Origin: Eledone cirrhosa | Lineage: Eukaryota | Direction: 5' to 3' | Length of the DNA: 64,000 bases | Assembly (NCBI GenBank): GCA_964016885.1 | Contig: OZ024744.1 | Span: forward strand, 78,058,001-78,122,000 | Shown here: positions 54,435 to 64,000 of the stretch, piece by piece | Position numbering within the stretch: position 1 is the stretch's first letter | Layout of the letters: each line of letters starts with the position of its first letter | Made by a program: the position numbers and the translations under genes | Notes under the pieces: model-generated | What the model was told of the DNA's origin: nothing | What the model saw: only the letters and a program-made list of their open reading frames with translations | Database searches by the model: none

Positions 54435-57131
54435 ATGCTTTGGGAGGGTCATGTTGCCAATAAGAAACACACGCACCAGTTGCTTTCACTCCAATTTATT
54501 ATAAATTAAATTTATAAATTTAAGAATTTATAAATTTCTGGTTGGTTGGCTGGTTCCACAACCAGACGGTTGTTCATATATTGTCAAAGTTCTTTCGTCA
54601 CACATTCTGTGACCTCTTCAGTGACTGGGGATTCTTTTCTTCATTTTTGTGCCTCTCCTTTGTTCTGTCCTACGCCATCTTCTTTTTGTGTGTGTTGTGT
54701 GCTTAGTTTGTGCATGTGTTACATCCGGGTGTCTGTGTATGTTTATATTTGTTTATTTATTTGTTTATTTACATGTTACTGGTTGGTTGTTTGTTCTATG
54801 GGTGTGTGAGTTTTCATTTTGTCCTTAATTGTAAGTTGTGACGTTGCTATTCTATTCATGTTTTCTATTTAATTTTGGTTGGAGTTCATTTATGTTTATT
54901 GCCTCTGTGATTTGTCTAAACATTGCGTCTTTTCTGTGTGTAGATTCTATTTTTATTTCTATGTTCTCTAATTTACCCTTATGTTCTATTTTAGCATGTT
55001 GGTGGAGTACAGATCATTCTTTACTATCTTGAAGGTCTCGCCAGTGTTCATTTATCCGTTCTCCTATACTACAAGCTGTCTCACCTATGTACACTATATT
55101 CTTATCTCTACATTGTCCTTCAGTACATCTTATGCTATATACTACATTTCTAGTTTTATAGTTAATATAGGGGCTTAGTTTACAGATTATACATTTTTTA
55201 TCTATGCAGAGAGGTCTTTGAAAAGGGTATGTATCGCTAATAAGAGTTTTTATGGAGGTACCTGGTCTTTCTACTATCTTAATATTGAGTTTATGTTTAT
55301 CTAGGGCCCTTCTAAATTTGTAAGCTAATTCACCTCTAGGGGTTGTATTGATGAACATTATACTCTGGTATTTATTGCTATCATACCATGAGTTTATTCT
55401 ATTAACCTTATTCCTAGTTCTTTCTATTCTATTCCAAAATTTGCTCCTATACAAGGGGCAGGTCCCATTTGTATCATTATTTACCATTTTTTCCCATTTG
55501 GTTCTGGCTCCTCTATATACTCTGATTTTATCTCTCTGATTGTAACCAGAGAACTGCATACGGTGGATGAGGTGTTGTATGTTTCTCTCTAGTTCTTTGG
55601 GGTTGCACATGCGGGACACGTTTCTCATCACCCGTACCAAATCCGCAATCAGTATGTTGATTTTGGTATGGTCCGAAACAGCTGAGTTTCGGTGGATCAG
55701 ATATTTGGAAGTCATGGGTTTGACATAATGGGAATGGAGGATTTGTTTTTTATTATTAATGGTATCTGACCAGAACTCTGTGTCTAGTACAGCTAATCGA
55801 TGGTTGGGGTGTTTGCTTGGGTAGTCTATACTCTAATACTCTGGTGGATGGAGTTAGCTATTTGTTGGATGCTTTCCATGGTGTTTTTCTCTAATTCTTG
55901 ACTGTTTTCTAGTGGGGGTGTTTTTACTACAATGTTTATATCATCAATGTAGTGGGAGTACATTATCAGGGTTAAGAGGTTGCTGTCTTCTAATTGTTCT
56001 TTAAGTTTAAGTTTAAGTCTATTGTCCCACCATACCATGAATAGGTTAGCTATGTCACCTGCAATGCTAACACAAATGGCTGCTCCTTCCTCTTGAGCAT
56101 ATGTTTTTCTATTAAATTTGAACATATGTTCCTTAAGGGTTAATTTTATACTGGCCCCCACCGCATGTGCAATCATTTTCTTTAGTTCATCGTGGTTTTC
56201 GGGGGTCCGTATGGCTCTGGTCCACCCATTCCATCTATCTGTGTGGGTTTTCTTGGCCATTGAGGTAATGGTAGGTGGTCTGCCTCTTGTTGGTCTTGTA
56301 GGGCACAGGATGCTAAGGTCATATGTATCTAGATAATCATTACTATAGATAGGTAAGTTTAAGTAGGAGTCCCAGCTCACTGGTATCAATCCCATGGAAT
56401 TCAACATTGCTCTCACTGATCATTTCTACGTATTTCTCCACAGCAAAATCCACGTCAATGGATGGATAAAGGGACACAACATCCATACTACCTATTATAC
56501 AGTTTGTTAGGTCCTTAGATGGGTTACTTTCACTGATTCTGCTGAGGAGGTCCTCCGTGCTGTCACATATATCTGGGGACATTTCAATGATGGGGCGTAT
56601 GATTAGGGAGAGGAAGTAGGAAATTCTGTAGTTACTAACAATGTTAGCTCCACAGACTGGCCGTGTTGGTGGTCCCGCGACAGGGTCACTGCTCGTTTTA
56701 TGGTCTTTTCGAAGCCCATACAACGCTGGCACGTCATTGTTCCAGGCCTGGAAGTTGTTGGCAGTCCGTTTATTGGGCTGCATTATGTTTGTCCACATCA
56801 TCATATAGGCATTGAGGGTTTTCTCCCTAACCTCATGCTCTTGTGGTGTTACTTCTCTTGTGTTAGTGATGTGGGGTTGCATTGCCTGGATGTAGTTTGG
56901 CAGACTGTCAACCGACATTCTGCCAGACTTGTCTGTTGGAAAGCATGCAATCTCTTCATTACGTGAGCGCTGCATGAGCTTACGCAAGCCATTTGCAGAT
57001 TTTTCTCCCAGTTGCTGGGCTTCCATTCTATTTTAAATTTCTAATTCTTAAATTTATGAATTTAATTTATAATAAATTGGAGTGAAAGCAACTGGTGCGT
57101 GTTTCTTATTGGCAACATGACCCTCCCAAAT
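54431..57131 (-). mobile_element. Penelope-like element (RT + C-terminal GIY-YIG), 5'-truncated, with inverted terminal duplication
   Basis: TDKSG, LYGLRKDHK, RPVCGA, SMDVVSLYPSI, QEEGAAI, YIDD, NVVYSIRC...YIGET...RINEH; frameshifts near 56348 and 55828; 54439-54537 repeated inverted at 57036-57131. Confidence 0.92.
54583..54625 (-). ncRNA. Minimal type I hammerhead ribozyme in PLE 3' region
   Basis: GTCA CTGAAGA G GTCACA-GAATG-TGTGAC GAAA GAAC TT TGAC; CUU triplet. Confidence 0.78.
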
Positions 57132-57974
57132 ACAATGAACTTTCTGCTTGAACAATTGCAATTTTTAATGACCATGTGCTCATGTCACGACGAACAGTAT
57201 TTATTATGAACATTATCTATTACAAACACTATTTAAGAACAAACATTGTGTATAGCATTGTGTATAACATTTTTTTTTCTTCTCTCTCTTGTTTTGCAAA
57301 CATTTTTATTTTTCTTGTTCTGCAATGTTAATTGTGTAATTGCCATAATTTTTATATACATACAATGCGTATTTTTCATGCACACTACACAACCAAGTTT
57401 GTTTCACTTTTGGTTCAGACACGGAGCAATAGATATTTTTGTCCCTCTAACTCTTACACTACAAAATGTTTTCTCTTTGATCACGCATTTCACAAATCGC
57501 ATCCTTAAAACACTGGCCTTCTTTTTTCACGTACACATTCACTCAATAGCTCGAGAATGCCTCGCCATTTTTTACCACATGCATTCGCTCAAGTCATATG
57601 CTTTGGAGCAAACTGTTACTTTTAGGCAGCATGCTTACGGCCATTCAGTTCACACATTATGGTTATCTTCACTGCCCAGTTAGACCTTTTGTCACGCAAT
57701 TCACAGGCAGCTCAACCCAAATTGCAACAGGCTCATTCATCACGCCTGCATAAATCTGGTCAAAGTCATTTTATAGTTTATTTATTTTTTCTCTTCCTGA
57801 CACACATATCTTGCCATATCATCTCTACATCGACTCTGTCCTGTACTCGATAATCACAAAATTTCACAACGTGCTGGATACACCTTGGGCTATTGTCATG
57901 ACAAATGCACCACTGGTTCATTACTATACGATATTTCGCTCTTTTGTTGTACAAAAGATCTGGCAGGGGGCTAA

Positions 57975-58460
57975 TGTATAGCCACCGGAAATAACATCTG
58001 TGAAATAAACAGCTCCATCTATCTGTTAGCTAGCTACCTCACCGTGAAACAAACAACCCCTTAGAAACCATCAGAATAAAACGCCTGCGCAGTGGCTAAA
58101 CATCAAACGATTATTTCTGTATAAATAGAGTGGTTCCAAACACTTTCGCCAGTCGACCTTTGGCAGAGTCAGTTAGCGTATTGGTGTTCCTCTCTTCTGC
58201 CACACTTGTCACTCACACACGCCTTATACCTCTGTATCGTCGCTTCATGTGAAAATAAATAGCTGATCGAAACTACATCTCTCGCCTTGCTCGTCCTTTC
58301 AACTTGTGCTTTCGTCTGTTCATCCTTACCGTATGTGACAACATTTCTTTTAAGGGCTATCTTCAGATCTGATCAGACCGTATGCGATAACAGTCCTTCT
58401 AAGGGCTATTCTCGGATCTGATCAGAAGTAGTGACCAGACTGACTAACCACGTCGCTACA
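57975..58460 (+). mobile_element. Possible solo LTR
   Basis: TGTATAGC...CGCTACA ends, TATAAATA near 58120, AATAAA near 58254, internal ~49-bp tandem duplication; no clear TSD. Confidence 0.35.
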
Positions 58461-58699
58461 TATCAAATAATAAAAAATATATATAGGGCGGTATAACTTA
58501 TAAATAAAACACTTTAAATGTCATATTAATGTTTAATACTTGACCAACATAACCCTCATCATAATATTACCAATAAAAAGAGAAAAAAGAAAGGAAAGGG
58601 AAAGGAAACACACACACAAGTAGGTAATACACACATCCAGGACCACATACAACAAAAGGGGTGGACAAATGAACCTCTACCAGATCAAAAGACAATGTT

Positions 58700-58935
58700 A
58701 TCGCGAGGAGCACTGGAAAACCTCTCTAATCATTTTTGAAGCAAGCCAGCACGCTCGCAGCGTTACCTCGAGTGATGGCGAGGCTAATGCGCTGGAACAG
58801 CCAAGCGCCTTCACGAGCATCACCAGTTACCTCGGTTAGGCGAACCGCCAGTGAATACAAGAACCTCGCAGTTAGCGGCCCAACTCTCCCAAACATCTTG
58901 AAGGCCACGGGCTAGAAAAGGTAGTTAACCAACAA
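58700..58935 (-). mobile_element. 3' end of a CRE-like LINE
   Basis: ORF 58908-58726: RLTEVTGDAREGAWLFQRISLAITRGNAASVLA. Confidence 0.7.
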
Positions 58936-58944
58936 GGGCGATGA

Positions 58945-59160
58945 TTTGGTAGAATTGGTAGAATAACGATTAAAATGCCATTGCTGTAATTATACCGACT
59001 ATTTACATTTTGAGTTCAAATCTCGTCAATATTAAGTTTGTCTTTCATCCTTCCGGGGTGGGTGGGGAATCAATAAAATAAAGTGCCAGTCAACTACTGA
59101 GGTTAGTTAATCAAGTTTGCGCTTTTTCCAAATTTGGCGGCCTTGTGCTGAAATTAGATA
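58945..59160 (+). mobile_element. Diverged SINE family A
   Basis: GAGTTCAAATC B-box; TCTTTCATCCTTCCGGGG; ATAAAATAAAGTGCCAGT; GGCCTTGTGC tail. Confidence 0.7.
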
Positions 59161-59425
59161 TCAATACTTGGTAGTTGTTTCTAATTAAACCATGGAATTT
59201 CCACGGTGTAAGTTAGTATTTCTTTAAAACCTCGCTTTTGACGTTTCGAAAAAGAAAAAATGAACTAAAGTAAAAATAATTTCTAATTTCCAAACAATTA
59301 ATCTCTTAAAATACCTTTCTTATTTTAACCAAAGAAATTTGGTTTATTTCTCAGAAAGATCAAATTCATCTGTAGTCAAACAGAGTTCACTGTCCTTGCC
59401 AACTTATTTACTTCCACTCACCAAG

Positions 59426-59477
59426 ATGGGCGACATTAAACGAATTTTATCCAAACTTGGTTTTAATCCCGAAGACT
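59426..59477 (+). CDS. Candidate first coding exon (MGDIKRILSKLGFNPED)
   Basis: CCAAGATGG Kozak-like start, non-repetitive, consensus donor |GTAAGT at 59478. Confidence 0.4.
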
Positions 59478-60419
59478 GTAAGTATTATTTGGCATAATAA
59501 CAATGATTCTATAATGTACATAGATGCACGCAGAACCTTTTAATTGCATATGTTTATTTTTTTTATATTCAAAATAATTTATTTGTAATTAATCAATTTT
59601 CATCGAACTTTTTCCCTCTGCAATATTTACCGACAAGTACTGCGTGAAATCGACAAATTCAATGATCTAAAGTATCTTGCACAATTTCATTTCATTCTTG
59701 ATACTTTCTGAATTTAAATTCGACTTGACTTGAGATTTATTTTCATTTCTCTCGTGCTGATAAATTAAGTATCTTTTTTATACGACTAACATATATAAAA
59801 CAACCAGTCTGGTGCCGATATAACAACAAGTTATTATTATGACAATTACCAATTGACATTGTTGTTATTAACAAATTAAGCGTATCAATTAAACAGACTA
59901 CTGCCATAACATAGTAGTAATTTGTTAAATTGTTAGATTTAATTCATATTTTACATTGATCAATTTTTTTCCTTGTAATATTTGAGAATCAGCTATACAA
60001 GTAGAACAATTTAATACAACACCCACAATTACTATCAAGCATACGCCGCAGATAAGATTTTAACAATAAATAAATAAATAACTAGAAGTGTTTGTCTACA
60101 TATATTAAAGAAACTATTCTGAATATTTGAAGTTTTGCTAAAATGCTTCTTTTATCTAAGTGTCTATATGACTATGTAACTGTGTTTATCTATCTATCTA
60201 TCTATTGCTGTATCCGTCTCTCCCTCTTTCTTTATCTATTTCTCTCTCCCTATATATATATACATCTGTGTGTGTGTAAACAACAGTTGACTTAAGTAGC
60301 ATTGAGAAACATTGGAATATGTGCGTCCCAAAGCAAATGACTATAATAACAGACAACCGGTATAGATAATAATCGAGAGCATCAAGTAATGTACCTCCGG
60401 AGACAGAAAAAAGTTAACA

Positions 60420-60513
60420 GAAGCGCTCGCAAGGAATCGAACCCAACCCCTCTCAGATGTTGGGCCTGTGCGTTAAGTCAACCATTTTGTTTACGCATCT
60501 AGCTACACGCTTC
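60420..60513 (-). other. tRNA-like sequence (SINE head or tRNA pseudogene)
   Basis: GAAGCG...CGCTTC acceptor-like pairing, TAGCTAGATG A-box-like, GGTTCGATTCC B-box. Confidence 0.5.
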
Positions 60514-60644
60514 TTAAAAGACGGAATTGATGACCAGTAGCTCTTTTGAGTAGTGGTTAACATATTCGCCTGGCATCCGAGAGATGCGAGGTTCAGTTCC
60601 TCACAGATGCCTCTGTCCAATTATCATAGTATTCAAGAACGACA

Positions 60645-60738
60645 TGAAATTAAGTGTTTTGCTCAAGAACACAACACACAACTCGGTCCAGGAATTTAAC
60701 CATGACTTTATGATAAGTCATAACCACTAGGCCACAAA
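60645..60738 (-). mobile_element. Degenerate CORE-like SINE fragment
   Basis: TTGCTCAAGAACACAACAC...TAACCACTAGGCCAC. Confidence 0.55.
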
Positions 60739-62113
60739 CACACTCACACACATATATATATATATTAAAATAAATATGTCCATATTCTATATATTTTCCC
60801 TGGACATGGTTCCATGTTTCTGGTAGACAATGTGTATATAAATCATACATATACACAATGCTGTCATTAGCAAGTAACGAGAAAAACCCAAATACTTTCT
60901 TACTGTTTTTGTATTCCCCTCCCTCTATATATGTTTACATTTCTATCTATTTAACTATTTACTTTAATTCTTTTTGTTCTATGACCGTTAATATATAGAA
61001 ATAAACATTGATTATTGATTAGTATATCCAACATACACATTCATACATCAGATATATATACACAAATATGCTATATATATATATATATATACATACATCA
61101 TAATTTTACATCCACTTTCCATACTGGTATAGCCAGGACTTGTCATAGTGTAAGTCAGTTTTTATTTGGAGTTGCTGACGTTCTAGATAGGTTGAAGACC
61201 ACCTTACACTCATAGATTCCAATTTGTGCATTGTGATACAACTAGATGCCCTTCCTAACATTACATACTTAACAGAGTGTACTGGGTGCTTCTTATAACA
61301 GTAGCAACACAAGTCGTTGTCAAGTTCTTCATGCAACTGAAGAGCCTTCTCTAGCTTATGTGTCTTTGTTCATTCACCAATCACTTTACAAAATGTTTTG
61401 GGTGCGTTTTATCATGACACTAATGCTAGAGAGGTTACCTTATTCCCTATAAATCAAAAGGGTCCTCTCTACTCTACATACTCTCCCTTATTTCTAGGTG
61501 CACGTGACTTATGAGTAGCTAGTTATGACCAGTTTGAACAGAGGAGGTGAGAGAATTCTGGCCGGATGCAGCTGGTTTAAATGGTAATGGGTTAAGAGGA
61601 TCAATAGAAAACAGCCTAAGCTTAATATAGTTATGAAAGATGTGTAATAGCAAGAGAGAGTGAGTGAGTGATGGATAGCAAAAGAGATAGGTGATGGTAA
61701 ATGAGAGTGGTGGATGTTAACCATTGGTCAAAAGGGGAAAAGAGATTGGTAGGCATTGGTTAAAGATGACGGTAAGAGGTACTGAATATGAATAGAGCCA
61801 ATGCCATCCTTCGTTACACAGGTGTTTTGTCAGAAAAAGAGAGGTTGAGTGATAATGGAGGAATTGAATTCAGACATTGTTACTCTGGCGGTGTAGTGTG
61901 GGTACAGTGAACAGGATGCAGTGTGATAAATGTGAGAGAAGGTAATAAAGGAGGCAATAAATGGAGGCATATCCTAACTTCCATTCTCCATCAGCACCGC
62001 AGTTACTTTAATCCATTTTAATTATACCAGTGTGTCTGTCTTCTCTAGGGCTGTGTGCCACCAATCATTGTGTATATATAACCTTCTTGCACTACTCATA
62101 CATCTATCTGGAC

Positions 62114-62149
62114 TTTCCTGAAGAAGGACTTCTGTCCAAAACATTGAAA
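62114..62149 (+). ncRNA. Degenerate hammerhead ribozyme
   Basis: TTTC CTGAAGA A GGAC-TTCT-GTCC AAAA CAT T GAAA; G12 and stem III G lost, consistent with CpG decay. Confidence 0.5.
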
Positions 62150-63609
62150 CCTCCTCCACTTCTTCCAAGCATTAACGTAATATAACTGTGTTATTTTGCT
62201 TCCCATGTTATGAACTTTTGGAGGCGATTTCATATCTTTGAAGTTATTAACTGTTGGAAATGAGCTCAAACATGTTAGGACGAGTTATCTCGTCTATGAC
62301 ACTGAAGTTAACATCAAAATATCCTCAGGACATCAATATAAGACCTGGAGAATACAAGTCCAAAAGAAAAACAAGCCATGGTCAGTGCGTTGACTTTCAT
62401 TGATATTTTAACCTCTTCAGTGCCGTAGACGAGATAACTCATCCCAACATGTTTGAACTCTTTTCCCACAGTTCATAACTTCAAAATTATGAACTTGTTT
62501 CCAACAGTTCATAACTTCAAAGCTAGATGGGGTTACTAGTTTATTGATGTGATGTTTGTCAATCATTCAGATATGTGTTGTTAATAAATGTTTGTTTAAA
62601 AAAAATAGTCATTTTACTGAAAAAATACCCCGGCACAGCAACTGTAGCTGTGTAAAATATGTGTCATAACTACAATCGTAGTTAGAGTGCATGAGGTTAA
62701 AAATGTTATTTTTCTCTCCAAAAGACATGTGCAAAGTTGTTGATGAGATGGGCAAAATAAAGCATAAGATTTTTAAGCATCATGCAATTAGATTAAAGTT
62801 ATAAAGTTCTAATGTAAGGCAAAGTTATAGTATGGTTTATATATAAAAAACACAAATATATTTTCTACTTACTAAATGTTTCTGTTTTACGGATAAGACT
62901 ATTTAAAAAAAACACAAAAACACAAAATACGTTATGATGTGGAAAGTAATACAAGGTTAAATAATGCAAAATGGACGGTAAGATGAAGGTAACGAAAGAG
63001 TAAATTACTTGGTAATCTTTTTGTTATTTTTTGTTGCTGTTGTTCCTTATTACTTAGCATCAGACTGTGGTGTACAGCAAACATAAAACAGTGTCATATT
63101 AAAAGCTGTAGTATATGAAAATGTATCCTAACCTAGAATAACATGTATTCAAATACAAAATGAGCCAAAAGAATGTATACACTCTATGAATTGAACTGTG
63201 ACCTACATTATAAGTGTATTCTGTGTTATATACGGGTTACTGTAAAATATCTACTCATGTATAGGCCTACGTGTAACGGATACGTGGTATTCTTTGTATG
63301 GTAGTTTTAATGAAAAGAATAATGCCATAATTGATTTGTTAACGTTTATTTTACAATAACAATATTCGATTTGCACATCAAGTAATATTATTTATGACAT
63401 GAACCGTCGCTACATTAAATTGCTAGCTTGCTACGAGCTAGTGAATGCATGTATCGGAGAAGACGATGATGTAAAAGTTGTGTTGTGTCTTACAGATACA
63501 ATGTGACAGGAAAATAGGATGAGAGTATAATTCAAACAATATGAACTTACTATGTATGTGTGTGCCTATTCTTAGAATATATTATTCTCATAGTAGTAGT
63601 GGTCAATCT

Positions 63610-63990
63610 GTCAGGCAGGCATGGCTGTCTGTCTGGTTGTGTCGGTGGCCGAGAAGGTAGAAGCCAGTAAGGGCCAGGAGAAAGATAGAGTGAAAGGTCT
63701 GCTAATGCCTACATCGCTTATCGCTTGCTGACTGCCACTTCGAGTCTGACCTTTGGGTTCTGTGGTTGTAGCCCTGACAGTGGAGACTTCTGGTGTCCTC
63801 GGCCCTAGGGCTACCTCCCTACTCACCACCATAGGTGCTGAGCTGGCCAGCAGCAGGTCTGAGCCCTGCGAGTTGGAGTGGCTTTTCCAGCGCGTCTCCC
63901 TTGCCGTCCTCTGGGGAAACGCCTTCCCCATTCTGTCCGCCGGGGCAGTGGGGAGACAAGCCGATTATATTACGAGTATTCCGTTATATA
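63610..63990 (+). mobile_element. 3' end of a CRE-like LINE
   Basis: ORF 63753-63995: VETSGVLGP...WLFQRVSLAVLWGNA. Confidence 0.7.
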
Positions 63991-64000
63991 CGTAAAGATA

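Noticed and set aside
58325-58430. CTGAAGA...GAAA hammerhead-like motif on the minus strand
   Set aside because: No stem I or stem II pairing; it is part of a 49-bp tandem duplication

Overview
AT-rich, repeat-dominated metazoan genomic DNA. The SINE/RTE repertoire and huge (TA)n tracts look like an octopod cephalopod genome (inference), and there is a 200-N scaffold gap at 14203-14402. Host-gene content is small: a minus-strand gene with a large low-complexity first coding exon (22262-21682), two probable small downstream exons (2532-2452, 1492-1410), and a possible plus-strand first exon at 59426. The rest is RTE-clade LINEs (about 9 copies, one near full-length), a CR1-group LINE, CRE-like LINE 3' ends, two Penelope-like elements (PLEs; RT + GIY-YIG), two tRNA-derived SINE families, piggyBac/hAT/Tc1-type MITEs and microsatellites. 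The long I/Y/H/T-rich ORFs in the track are microsatellite artefacts. The most striking hidden signal is about a dozen type I hammerhead ribozyme (HHR) motifs of at least 9 distinct sequence types. Most have minimal palindromic stem III, and several have non-canonical features. They sit in PLE 3' ends and in short non-coding fold-back palindromic cassettes inserted in (TA)n tracts; in the one family present twice, the two arms co-vary within each copy.
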